A DNA stretch of 64,000 bases from a virus. Made by a program: the position numbers and the translations under genes. Location: positions 4,884 through 68,883 of IMG/VR virus record IMGVR_UViG_3300012206_000001; one strand, 5' to 3'. Under the pieces are notes generated by a model. The model saw only the letters and a list, made by a program, of their open reading frames with translations, was not told the origin of the DNA and did no database searches. Below are positions 10,493-19,784 of the stretch, piece by piece; within the stretch, counting starts at the first letter, position 1, and the number at the start of each line of letters is the position of its first letter.

Positions 10493-10852
10493 CTAGGCGG
10501 CCTTCGGCGCAGGCGTCCTGCGCGGGACGTGCATGCCCGCGGAGTAGGGAAGGCCGCCCGGGTTCACGCACCCCTCGCCGGGTCCGGCGCCGCAGGCCGG
10601 GCAGCGCTTTGCTATCGGCTCCTCGCTGTCGTCTTCCATGTCGCTGATATCGGAGGGCTTGACGTCGAGGGCGCGGGCGATCTGCCGGAGGAACGCGTGG
10701 CTGGTGGGCGGCTTGCGGGGGCCGCACATGACCCAGATGGACTCGCGGTGGCGGCCCAGCTTGCGGGCGAAGTCGGTGACCGTGTAGCCGCGTTCCCTGA
10801 TGAGCGCGCGGATCGCGGGGCCGTCGGGGAGGGCGGTCGGGACTGGGGGCAT
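10493..10852 (-). CDS. Cro-like HTH regulator
   Basis: XRE-type HTH (IRALIRERGYTVTDFARKLG...IARALDV); first gene of the leftward operon. Confidence 0.75.
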   Translation of the reverse strand: MPPVPTALPDGPAIRALIRERGYTVTDFARKLGRHRESIWVMCGPRKPPTSHAFLRQIARALDVKPSDISDMEDDSEEPIAKRCPACGAGPGEGCVNPGGLPYSAGMHVPRRTPAPKAA

Positions 10853-10889
10853 GTGCACGACAGTAGGAGACAGATGGAGATCTCGTCAA
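10853..10889 (-). promoter_or_regulatory. leaderless sigma70-type promoter for cro-like gene
   Basis: TTGACG-N18-TACTGT-N7-ATG on minus strand. Confidence 0.6.
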
Positions 10890-10992
10890 GTATGACCCGG
10901 AAGTAATTTCGCTGCCCGAAGCTGGCCGCATATCCAGTAGGTCAAGTAAGACCAGCGTTATCCTGGTAATCTGCCGGTACCCGCAAAGGCCG

Positions 10993-11670
10993 TTGCGGGT
11001 ACTTGACGGAACCTGGCAGTGCGGCGACAGTCAGATACGGGGCGGGGCAAACCCCATGATCCAGGGAGCAGCGGTGGCAGCTGAATCCGGTAAGGGCCGG
11101 TCCGTAATCCGGGTCGAGGACACGGCACGGAAACTTACGGCCGAGCTTCTCCAGCGGCGGAGATCCGACCTCGGCTACGGGGGCCGGCGGCGGCGCGCAT
11201 TCGCCCGGGCCCGCGGCATCAACGACCGGCTCCTCACCGATGTCGAGACTGCGGCGCCGGGCAGGAGCTTCCTGATGTCGAGCGTCCAGGACCTCGCGCG
11301 TGCCTACAGCGTCACCTACGAGTCACTCGCCGCGGTCCTGAAGGGCAAGGCGGGTGAGCTGGTCCCGGCGGAGCCACCGCGTGCTGCCCCGGCGGCGGAC
11401 GCGGGGTGGCTGCCGCCGCTCCCCGATGCGGCGATTGCCGCGGCCCGCCCGTACGCCGACCTGATCTGGGAGCGGCTGCACGAACTGGCCGGCCAGGGTG
11501 TCGCCGGCCCGGACGGCGCGGAGCTCTTCGGCGCAGGCACCCCGGACGCCGGCACGTGGGATGCCATCACGCAGCGGTGGCCGCTGCGGGCCTGCGTGTG
11601 GATGATGGCCGACCTGCACCGCCGCGAGGCCGCCCCGGGGAACGGCGCCAGGCGGGCAGCACCGGCTTAA
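10993..11670 (+). CDS. putative immunity repressor (HTH); true start probably downstream
   Basis: Divergent from cro-like gene; FARARGINDRLLTDVE...LARAY XRE-like segment. Confidence 0.55.
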   Translation: MRVLDGTWQCGDSQIRGGANPMIQGAAVAAESGKGRSVIRVEDTARKLTAELLQRRRSDLGYGGRRRRAFARARGINDRLLTDVETAAPGRSFLMSSVQDLARAYSVTYESLAAVLKGKAGELVPAEPPRAAPAADAGWLPPLPDAAIAAARPYADLIWERLHELAGQGVAGPDGAELFGAGTPDAGTWDAITQRWPLRACVWMMADLHRREAAPGNGARRAAPA

Positions 11671-12078
11671 CCGCGGCTTAACCTCCCCGCTTAGTTCGCC
11701 CCGTTTTGCCCGGATATCCGGGTAACTATCCGGCCACGACCCGCAGGTAACGGGATGGTAACTTGCGGGGAATGCGTATCGTCGGGTAAGAATCGTTGCC
11801 TGCGATAGGGCACGCCCGGGCTGGGGGGATCTGGCCCTGCCGGGGCCTGAGGGAGGGACGCGCGCATGCCCGGAACCGGGACGGCGGCGGCATCGGACCT
11901 GCGCGGCGAGGCGGCGGCGGCCGACCGGCTCGCGTGGGAGCAGGAGATCGCCGAGCAGCGGGCGGCCCGGGAGTATGACCGGGGGTTCGCCGCGGGCCTG
12001 GCCGCGCGCCGCGTCCCCCGGCCGCGCCGGGCCGGGCCGCGGCCCCGCTGGCCCCGCGCCGTCAGCGGCTAGGCGTCG

Positions 12079-12282
12079 CTACTGCGGCAGGTCGAACTCC
12101 CCGCGCTTGGCACCGGCCAGGAAGCACTCCCACTCGTACCCGGTGAAGCCGAGCACGGGTCCGGTGCCGCCGTCCTTCGTGTCGCGGACGCCGATCCGGC
12201 CGCCATGGAACGCGACCTCGACACAGCCGTGGTCGCCGCTGACCTCGGACTTGAACCAGTGCGCGTCATCCCATTCGCTCAT
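12079..12282 (-). CDS. DUF397 (BldB-like) protein
   Basis: WFKS...CVEVA...IGVRDTKD..GPVL.FT..EW..FLAG. Confidence 0.9.
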   Translation of the reverse strand: MSEWDDAHWFKSEVSGDHGCVEVAFHGGRIGVRDTKDGGTGPVLGFTGYEWECFLAGAKRGEFDLPQ

Positions 12283-12854
12283 GCTGCGTACTTCCTCTCG
12301 GTGATGTTGTGCTCTGCCACGTACTGAGCTAGGGGGACCGAGTAGAACATCAGCTCAGTCCTGATGTGCGAATGAAAGCGGACTAGCCGGGGGCTGCGCT
12401 CGAACTCCACTCGCGAGACGGCCCCGGAGTCGTCGTAGATCAGCTGGGCGGTCGCCGTGGTGTCGAACTGCCAGAAGTCGCCGGGAATAGCCAGGTCCAG
12501 GCTCAGTCGCTCCGCGATGGCCCGGCTGAGGATCCGCACGTCCTCGCCAGCCTCCACGTTGGCCGGATAGACGTGCAGTAGCTCGAACCGGACGTAGTCG
12601 CTGACCGGCTCAGTGACGACGTGAACGCGCTGCATGATGCGCCCGGACGCGCGGACATCCCGGACGAGCCGCTTCCATGGCTCGCGCCAGGCCAGGTCGG
12701 CCGGCTCCCCGGCGAGGAACCGGGCGTAGGGCTCGTGCTCGTTCGGCGCGTCGTAGTAGTCCAGGGTCTCCAGCCGGAATACCCGGTGCCGGAACAGGCT
12801 GTCGAAGTCCTGCACTAGCTGCTCAAAGCTAATCACGGTGTTCTGAGTGACCAT
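12279..12854 (-). CDS. DUF6879-like protein
   Basis: FRLETLDYY...RVHVVTEPVSDYVRFE...AGEDVRIL...DFWQFD. Confidence 0.8.
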   Translation of the reverse strand: MVTQNTVISFEQLVQDFDSLFRHRVFRLETLDYYDAPNEHEPYARFLAGEPADLAWREPWKRLVRDVRASGRIMQRVHVVTEPVSDYVRFELLHVYPANVEAGEDVRILSRAIAERLSLDLAIPGDFWQFDTTATAQLIYDDSGAVSRVEFERSPRLVRFHSHIRTELMFYSVPLAQYVAEHNITERKYAA

Positions 12855-12934
12855 GACACTAGGGTAGTCCGTGACCTGACTCCGTACCAGTCGTAGACTG
12901 CATTAAGAGTGCATTAGCTCCCGGAGGGACTCGC

Positions 12935-13771
12935 ATGAGCCAGCCGCCCAGCCCGTCGCAGCAGCGGCTCATCTCCATCCTGCGGGGCCTGCGCGCCGGG
13001 GCCGGGCTGACCACCTACCAGCTCGCGGAGCGGCTCGGCTGGAGCCAGAGCCGGGTCACCAGGATCGAGAACGGCATCATCCAGGCGAGTGCCGATGACG
13101 CCGACGCGTGGGCCGAGGCGACCGGGGCCGATCCCGGCACCCGCGAGGACCTGGCCGCGCTGGCTTACTCGGCGTGGAACGAGGTCAGGTCGTGGCGCGT
13201 ATCGCACCGCGGCGGCCTGGCCGCCCGCCAGCGCGAGATGGGACAGCTAGAGCATCGCGCAGCCGAGATCGGCCAGTTCCAGCCGGAGGCCATCCCCGGC
13301 CTGCTCCAGAGCGAGAGCTATGCCCGCCGCGTCCTGGCGTTCGCGGACGTGACGGACAAGGGCGGCATCGACGGAGCCGCCAAGGCACGCATGAAGCGGC
13401 AGGCCATCCTCCGCGAACCGGGCCGCGTTTTCGACTTCGTGCTCGGAGAGGGCGCGCTGCGCTGGCGGCCGGGGCCGCGGGAGCTGATGGAGGAGCAGCT
13501 CGGTCACCTGCTCGCAGCCGCCGCGCTGCCGTCTGTCTCGCTTAGCATCATCCCGTTCGATCGCGAGGCCGTCACGGCTTACCAGCACGCGTTCACGATC
13601 TACCGCATCCCGGACGCCCCTACCGTCTTGGTGGAGTTCTTCCACGGCGAGACCTTCCCGTCCATCCCGGCCGAGATCGAGCTGTACGAGCGCCTGTTCG
13701 CCGTGCTCAAGGATTCTGCGCTGCATGGCGGCGAGGCGCTGGCCTTCGCCCGCGCCGTCATCCTCGGCTAA
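12935..13771 (+). CDS. XRE HTH + DUF5753 (WhiJ/Scr1-like) regulator
   Basis: N-terminal HTH; IPGLLQSESYAR, RQAIL, EGALRW, QLGHL motifs. Confidence 0.9.
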   Translation: MSQPPSPSQQRLISILRGLRAGAGLTTYQLAERLGWSQSRVTRIENGIIQASADDADAWAEATGADPGTREDLAALAYSAWNEVRSWRVSHRGGLAARQREMGQLEHRAAEIGQFQPEAIPGLLQSESYARRVLAFADVTDKGGIDGAAKARMKRQAILREPGRVFDFVLGEGALRWRPGPRELMEEQLGHLLAAAALPSVSLSIIPFDREAVTAYQHAFTIYRIPDAPTVLVEFFHGETFPSIPAEIELYERLFAVLKDSALHGGEALAFARAVILG

Positions 13772-13780
13772 CTCCCCTCA

Positions 13781-13809
13781 TTGACTCCAGGCTAATTCAG
13801 ACTTAGCAT
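13781..13809 (+). promoter_or_regulatory. sigma70-type promoter of the xis-traB module
   Basis: TTGACT-N17-TAGCAT. Confidence 0.6.
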
Positions 13810-13851
13810 CAGAATGAGCATCAGGCTCACCTGAGATGATCTGGAGCCGCC

Positions 13852-14136
13852 ATGACGACCGGGCTTCGCCCAGCCGCACCGAGCCGCAAGAAGGACAACC
13901 GGCTCTTGCTGCCACTCCGCGAGGTTGCCGAGATGCTCGGCGTGTCCCGATCCACTATCGTCCGCGCTTACCAGGCGGGCGAGTTCCCGGCAGTCAAGTT
14001 CCGGGGGACCTACCGCGTGCCGCGCCGGTTCGTCGACGACTTCCTCGCTGCCGCCGTCCCCGGCCGGCTCGTGGTCGTGGAGGAGTACGCAGCCGAGTGG
14101 ACCGCCCGCAACATGATCCCTGAGGCGGTGGCCTAG
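13852..14136 (+). CDS. excisionase-family HTH protein
   Basis: LLPLREVAEMLGVSRSTIVR...GEFPAVKF..TYRVP. Confidence 0.8.
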   Translation: MTTGLRPAAPSRKKDNRLLLPLREVAEMLGVSRSTIVRAYQAGEFPAVKFRGTYRVPRRFVDDFLAAAVPGRLVVVEEYAAEWTARNMIPEAVA

Positions 14137-14628
14137 ATGCCCCTCGCCCGGACAGGAGGCCGCTATGGCCAGGAACCCCGAACCCGCCGATGACCGTGAC
14201 GAGCTGCCCGAACTGGCCGCGACCCCGGACGGCACCCGGCACGCCGGATGCGGCCAGCCGTGGATCTACTGCTTCTGCGGCATCCCCCGCCCGAACGGCC
14301 CCCGCTGACCAGGCCCCCGCCGCGCGCGACGAAAGCGGGCCCGGTGCGCTGCGAACGCCCGGACCCGCTCAAAGCCATGCCATCCGTAGCCCTACAGAAA
14401 GGCCGGCAGATGCCCAACGTACCACCCGCCCCCGTCACGGACCCCAGCCGCCGCCCGGCGAGTCTCACCCCGCCGCGCCCGCCGGCGTACCTGTCCCCGG
14501 AGGACCGCCGGTGGCTCGCCGACCTGGAGGAGCAGGCTGTCCTGCGCGGACTGCCGCCGCTGCCGCGCGGGTGAGGGTTCCCGCCGGGGCGGCCGCTTCC
14601 CCTCCGCCCCGGCGGGAACGGATTCCGC

Positions 14629-15072
14629 ATGGCAGCTGCTGAACGCTGGCTGCCGGTCCCAGACTGGGAAGACGCCTTCGAGGTCTCCAGCCTCGGGCGG
14701 GTCCGCAGTGTCCGGGTCCTGTCCCTCCAGCGGCACCCGGACGGCTACCCGCAGGTCACGCTGCGCCGCGGCGGCCGGACTCAGCTCGCCGCCGTTCACC
14801 GCCTGGTCATGCTCGCGTTCGCCGGGCCGCCGCCGCTGGATGAGGACGGCAAGCCCATGGAGGTGCTGCACCGGAACGGGAAGCCGGGCGACCCGGGGAG
14901 ACGGAACCTCCGGTACGGGACCAAGCCAGAGAACAGGGCTGACCGGGAAAGGCACCGCAGGGGCCGGACGGGTAAACGGAAGAGGAAACAGGGGGGAACA
15001 GGTGAACTAGACGGAACAGGGTTCCTGTCTGATGATCCTGCTGTTCCTGTTTCACGGCGGGCGGCCTCATGA
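14629..15072 (+). CDS. NUMOD4-HNH endonuclease
   Basis: ERWLPVPDWE..FEVSSLGRVRS, VHRLVMLAF, HRNG...NLRYGT..EN. Confidence 0.85.
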   Translation: MAAAERWLPVPDWEDAFEVSSLGRVRSVRVLSLQRHPDGYPQVTLRRGGRTQLAAVHRLVMLAFAGPPPLDEDGKPMEVLHRNGKPGDPGRRNLRYGTKPENRADRERHRRGRTGKRKRKQGGTGELDGTGFLSDDPAVPVSRRAAS

Positions 15073-16874
15073 CCGGTGTCGTGATCATCTTCGCCCTCAT
15101 CCCGCTGATCGCCCTGTGGGGCGTGCTGGAGACCGGCCGCCGCCGGTTCCGCGCGCACGGGTTCGTCATCCTGGCGTGGCGCTTCCTGACCGGGCACCCC
15201 TGGCACGGCAAGCCGGTCACCGACGCGGGCTGGCTGCGGCCCGGCAGGCGGGCGCTGACCAGGACCGGGCACGCGTCCCGGTTCCACCACCGGCCGCGGT
15301 GGCAGCGGGCCGGCTGGCGCGCCGGCAGCGTGCTCGTCATCGTCCTGGCCGGCTATGGCCTGGTGATCGCGCGGACGCTCACCCTGGCCGCCCTGGCCCT
15401 GGCCGCCGCCGCGCTGGCCGTCCTGGGGTGCCTGCGGCTATGGCGGGCGGTCCGCCGCCGCAGGCACCGCCGCACCTGGATCGACCCGCTGCACGTCGCG
15501 CTCGCGCCGCTGGCCGGGATCCCGCTGCCGAACCCGCCGGGATCCTGGCTCGCCATCGAGCCCGACCGCAGCAAGGCAGTGCTGTCGCTGCCGCCCGGGT
15601 ACAACGATGACGCGCGGCAGCGTGACAAGCTCGCAGCCACGGCCGCCGCCAAGCTCGGGCTCGAGCAGCCGGAGATCCGCTGGCGCCTGGCCGGGCCGGA
15701 GCCGACGCTGACCCTGCTCCAGTCCGAGCCCCCGCCCGCCCTGGTGACATACGCCGACGTCGCCGATGCGGTGGACCGGGCCGGGCCGGATGAGATCGTA
15801 ACGGGCATCGGCAAGAAAGGCGCCATCGTCAAGGCATCCCTGGCGCTGGATTCCCCGCACTTCGCCATCAACATGGGCACGGGCGGCGGCAAGAGCACCC
15901 TGGCCGCGTTCTGGCTGATGCAGGAGCTGCGCCGCGGTGCCTTCGCCATGGTGCTGGATTCCAAGTGGTTCTCCCACCCGTGGCTGTTCAAGGATGAGGA
16001 CGGCGAGTATTCCCCGCTGCCGAACGTCGCCTACCTGTCGACCCCGGCGCAGATGCACGCCGGGATGATGTGGCTCGGCGGCGAGCTGAACTACCGTAAC
16101 GAGGTCGCCAGGCGGGCGGTGGACGCATCGGGCCGGCTGCGCGGGAGCGTCGGCCCGCGGCTGATCATCCTCGCCGAGGAACTCAACTTCGCCACGCCGC
16201 AGCTCAGGCAGTACTGGGCGGATATCCGCGAGCCGTCGGACGTGAAGAAGTCCCCGGCGCTGACCTCGTTCGGCGCGGTGGCGTTCGCCGGGCGGGCGGT
16301 GAGGATGCACCTGATCCTGATCGGGCAGATGCTGACCGCTGACGTGACGGGTAGCCGGGACTCATCGGTCAAGGAGAACATCGGCGTCACGGCGATGGCC
16401 CGCTACGGGGCACCGGGCTGGGCGACGGCGGTGGGGAGGAACGTGCCGATGCCGCCGTCCCCGAGCGTCCTGGGCCGCGTCCAGCTGGTGACGGCGGGCG
16501 GCGTCCGGGAGACGCAGGCGCCGCGGGCAGACATGCTGCTGTACCGGCAGCTGGCGGTATCCGGGATGGTCACGCGATGCCCGGCCGGGATGCCCGGCGC
16601 GGCCCGGCTGCCGTTTGAAACAGGCCGGCCCGCATCTCTGGCGCCCGGCCCTGACCAGGGCACGGAACAGTTTCAGCCTGTTTCCGGGCCGCCTCCTGTT
16701 TCACTGTCCGAGGCGGTCGGCATGGGTATCCTGCGCGGTCATCTCGCCGCGATCCGGACGGCCAGGCACCGGGATGAGAACTTCCCGGAACCGGTCGGCA
16801 AGCGCGGCCTGGCGCACGTCTACGACCCGGTCGCGCTCGCCGGCTGGCAGGACGCCAGGGAGGTGGCCCGGTGA
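15069..16874 (+). CDS. TraB-like FtsK/SpoIIIE DNA translocase
   Basis: N-terminal TM segments, Walker A GTGGGKST, Walker B-like LIILAEELN, GRAVRMHLILIGQ, C-terminal wHTH-like end. Confidence 0.8.
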   Translation: MTGVVIIFALIPLIALWGVLETGRRRFRAHGFVILAWRFLTGHPWHGKPVTDAGWLRPGRRALTRTGHASRFHHRPRWQRAGWRAGSVLVIVLAGYGLVIARTLTLAALALAAAALAVLGCLRLWRAVRRRRHRRTWIDPLHVALAPLAGIPLPNPPGSWLAIEPDRSKAVLSLPPGYNDDARQRDKLAATAAAKLGLEQPEIRWRLAGPEPTLTLLQSEPPPALVTYADVADAVDRAGPDEIVTGIGKKGAIVKASLALDSPHFAINMGTGGGKSTLAAFWLMQELRRGAFAMVLDSKWFSHPWLFKDEDGEYSPLPNVAYLSTPAQMHAGMMWLGGELNYRNEVARRAVDASGRLRGSVGPRLIILAEELNFATPQLRQYWADIREPSDVKKSPALTSFGAVAFAGRAVRMHLILIGQMLTADVTGSRDSSVKENIGVTAMARYGAPGWATAVGRNVPMPPSPSVLGRVQLVTAGGVRETQAPRADMLLYRQLAVSGMVTRCPAGMPGAARLPFETGRPASLAPGPDQGTEQFQPVSGPPPVSLSEAVGMGILRGHLAAIRTARHRDENFPEPVGKRGLAHVYDPVALAGWQDAREVAR

Positions 16875-17146
16875 CCGGCTGGCTATTCCTCATCCTCGCC
16901 GCGGGCGCCGCAGCGGCGGTCCTGGCCGTCCGCGCCCGGTTCCTGCCCTGGGGGCCATGCCCGCGGTGCACCCGCAAGGGCCGCGGCAAGACGGGCCGCG
17001 GCCTGGGGTCCGGCGGCCAGGCGTGGAGCAGGTGCGGGCGGTGCGACGGCAGCGGCGAGCGGATCAGGCCGCTCGCGCTGATGTGGCCGCAGCACCGGGA
17101 GACGGCCCGCAAGCGTAAGCGGGAACGAGATAGGAGCAGGCGATGA
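16871..17146 (+). CDS. membrane-anchored DnaJ-type zinc-finger protein
   Basis: TM segment then CPRC..KG and CGRCDGSG. Confidence 0.65.
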   Translation: MTGWLFLILAAGAAAAVLAVRARFLPWGPCPRCTRKGRGKTGRGLGSGGQAWSRCGRCDGSGERIRPLALMWPQHRETARKRKRERDRSRR

Positions 17147-17150
17147 GCGG

Positions 17151-17681
17151 ATGCGGATGCCAGGTGCGGCGCTGGCAGTGTCCTGGCTGCGGCTGCGAGA
17201 ACGACAGCAGCCCGTGCGGCTGCGGATGCCACGGCGGGAGCCGCACGGGAGGTACCAGGTGAAGGACGGCACGCATCATCACGGGCCGCTGGCCGGGCTC
17301 ACCGCGGGGACCGCGAGCATCTTGCTGTGCTTTGGCGTGCTCGCGCTGGCCTGGCACCGCGTGGCCGGGCAGGTCAGCGCGGGTATCACGGTGCTGGTGT
17401 ACGTGGTGGTCACCGGGGTGTGCGGGCTGGTGCTGGCCGCGCTGTTCTACGTGGTGCTGTGGCTGCGGCACCGGGTCCGCTACCCGGAGGCCCTGGCTCC
17501 CCGGCAGGCAGCCCTAGCCGAAGTCCTGGACGCGGAGCCCGTCCCGCAGGTCATCGCCGCCGCGGAGCCGCTCGCGATCGAGCCGCCCCGCGTGTACCTG
17601 AACGTGACACCTGACGAACTCGCCGCCATCATCCGCACCGCGATCCCCGGAACAGCCGGGGACATCACCGGAGGGAAATGA
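17151..17681 (+). CDS. membrane protein (start probably GTG near 17259)
   Basis: Two hydrophobic segments; within transfer module. Confidence 0.55.
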   Translation: MRMPGAALAVSWLRLRERQQPVRLRMPRREPHGRYQVKDGTHHHGPLAGLTAGTASILLCFGVLALAWHRVAGQVSAGITVLVYVVVTGVCGLVLAALFYVVLWLRHRVRYPEALAPRQAALAEVLDAEPVPQVIAAAEPLAIEPPRVYLNVTPDELAAIIRTAIPGTAGDITGGK

Positions 17682-17856
17682 TCATGGGACGCAAGGATGA
17701 CGAGGACGCCATGGCCCGCACAGCGAAACTGCTCCTGGAACGGCTGCCGCGCGAGGTGCGGACCGCGGTCAGGAACGACCTGGGCGAGCGCGGCGAGATC
17801 GGCAAGGTCAATGAGGCGATCCGGCGCGCCGGGCGCCTGGAGAAGGGCAGGTAGGC

Positions 17857-18663
17857 TTGACGTCCGCGAACGGGCATGCCCCGCCGGCGCTTCCCGCCCT
17901 GGCGCCGTTCACGGTGCCCCGGTCCGGGCCCGCGGCCGCCTGGCCGCAGCAGGACGGCCATGGCCAGCCCCGGACGATCCCGGACGATCCCGGGCGCCGC
18001 CGGCGCGCCATCGACGGCGACACGGCCATCCGCGTCCTGGCCGCCGCCGTCGTCCTGGCCGTCGCCGCGTTCGCCGCCATAGTGTCGTACTCCCATATTT
18101 TCGAGCTCGGCCGCCAGCATCATCAGGACGGCGCCGCGGCGCGGCTGCTGCCGCTGTCGGTCGACGGCCTCATCGCCGCCGCGTCGCTCGTCATGCTCCA
18201 CGCCGCCCGCAAGCGGATCGCGGTGCCGTTCCTGGCGCGTGCCATGCTGGCGCTCGGCGTCGGCGCCACCGTCGCCGCGAATGTCGGGTACGGGCTGCCG
18301 TTCGGCTGGCTGGCCGCTGTCGTGTCGGCGTGGCCGGCCGCCGCGTTCGTGGGCAGCGTGGAGATGGCGGTCAGGTTCGTGATCGACGCCCGCACGGCCG
18401 CCGCGCCAGCGACAGGCGACGCGACACCGGCTGCGACATGTGACGGCACGCCACGCGACATCCAAAGCGGCACCAGGCCCGCCGCCGCCACGGCGGAACC
18501 AGCGCGCCAGCCGCGACATGGAGCACGCTCAGGCAGCGACAGGGTGCGCGACATCCTGGCGCGCGACCCGGGCCTGCCCCCGCCCGATGTCGCGGCGGAG
18601 ACGGGCATGTCGGTGCGCCAGGTTCAGCGCGTGAAGCGAGAGATGAACGGAGCAGCAAAGTGA
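17857..18663 (+). CDS. DUF2637 membrane protein with C-terminal HTH (Spd-like)
   Basis: AAIVSYSHI...LLPLSVDGLI...ATVAANV...SAWPA; C-terminal VAAETGMSVRQVQR. Confidence 0.8.
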   Translation: MTSANGHAPPALPALAPFTVPRSGPAAAWPQQDGHGQPRTIPDDPGRRRRAIDGDTAIRVLAAAVVLAVAAFAAIVSYSHIFELGRQHHQDGAAARLLPLSVDGLIAAASLVMLHAARKRIAVPFLARAMLALGVGATVAANVGYGLPFGWLAAVVSAWPAAAFVGSVEMAVRFVIDARTAAAPATGDATPAATCDGTPRDIQSGTRPAAATAEPARQPRHGARSGSDRVRDILARDPGLPPPDVAAETGMSVRQVQRVKREMNGAAK

Positions 18664-18948
18664 GCACACCGGATCCTGGCCTGACGCTGAAGTGGAGCTG
18701 CACCAACTCGAAGCTGCGCCGGGTGACCCTGGACATCTGCGAGCCGTGCGTCGAGGGCGCGGGCGGCGAGTGCCACACGCCGGGCTGCGCGTTCTGGATG
18801 CGGCGCGCTCCGGAGAGGCCGTTCTTCGCCGCGATGAGCGACCAGGAGTTCGGCGAACGCTACGGCTGACCTGGAACCACTAAGGTTAGGTCCAGGCCGC
18901 TCGGCCGCCACCCGCCCCCGCTCACCCCCCCAGATCGGTGACGTCTTC

Positions 18949-19116
18949 GTGCTGTCCGCTCACGCGTGGCTTATTACCGGCCTGGTCCTGCTGCCGCTGC
19001 TGATCTGGGTGCCGCTGTGGCTGGGTGACGCGGGCCGGGAGCCGCGGAACGAGGTCACCCAGGAGCAGCCCGGCGACCAGGACGGCGGGGACCAGGACAC
19101 GCCGCTGGCCGCGTGA
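18949..19116 (+). CDS. small single-pass membrane protein (not in ORF track)
   Basis: GTG start; MLSAHAWLITGLVLLPLLIWVPLWLG plus acidic tail, 55 aa. Confidence 0.45.
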   Translation: MLSAHAWLITGLVLLPLLIWVPLWLGDAGREPRNEVTQEQPGDQDGGDQDTPLAA

Positions 19117-19140
19117 GCCAGGCTCCCGGGCATGCGGAAA

Positions 19141-19176
19141 CCGGCCCGGGGGCGTGATGCCTCCCGGGCCGGCCGG
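19141..19176 (-). terminator. GC-rich hairpin between convergent operons
   Basis: CCGGCCCGGG..CCCGGGCCGG stem; short T run on minus strand. Confidence 0.5.
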
Positions 19177-19214
19177 TAATGTGACTCTCTGGTAACCTGC
19201 CCTGACCTGGGAAC

Positions 19215-19784
19215 CTAAAAGCGGGTAACAAAACATGAACCGTCCGGCGGGTTACGCCCCTTGCGCTCCCATCCTCGGGTGAGGATCCACGCCGACCAGT
19301 CACCCGGCTGGCATGTCCGGTCCGCCGCGGGGCCGGGCAGTCCCGCCCTGGCGTAGGCGTAGGCGGCGAGCGAGCTGCACACGACGTGGCCGGGGACGGT
19401 GCCGTTCCAGCTGGGGAGCCACGCCGTGTCCAGGTGGAGGTCTGCTTCGGCGTCGGCGGCGATGGCGGCCCAGTCGTACGGGCTGCCGATCATGGCGGCC
19501 ATCACCTTGCAGACGGCGGAGCGCTGGGCGGCGGTCTTGGGCTGGGCGGCGTTGGAGATCGTCCACGGTGATCTCAGGTAGGCGCGGGCGTCCCGCCATC
19601 CGGCGCCGCCGGGCCGCCCCTCCATGGCCCATACGGTGCCGTGCGCGTCGGTATGGTCGATCACGGCGGCATGGTTGGCCAGGTTCGGGGCGTCCCGCAG
19701 CGCGGCGCCGAGCCGGATCATGGTGCCGGCCAGACCGCCGGAGCGGACCAGGATCACGTCGCCGGGCAGCACAGCGGCGCCCAT
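19215..19784 (-). CDS. permuted papain-like (YiiX/C92) amidase, lysis module
   Basis: PGDVILVR, NHAA, PYDW, VCSSLAAYAY: His precedes Cys. Confidence 0.75.
   Translation of the reverse strand: MGAAVLPGDVILVRSGGLAGTMIRLGAALRDAPNLANHAAVIDHTDAHGTVWAMEGRPGGAGWRDARAYLRSPWTISNAAQPKTAAQRSAVCKVMAAMIGSPYDWAAIAADAEADLHLDTAWLPSWNGTVPGHVVCSSLAAYAYARAGLPGPAADRTCQPGDWSAWILTRGWERKGRNPPDGSCFVTRF

Noticed and set aside
14577-14618. Strong hairpin before the NUMOD4-HNH gene as a member of the leader motif
   Set aside because: Lacks the TGACCG linker and CGGCT-start signature; more likely a simple terminator or attenuator
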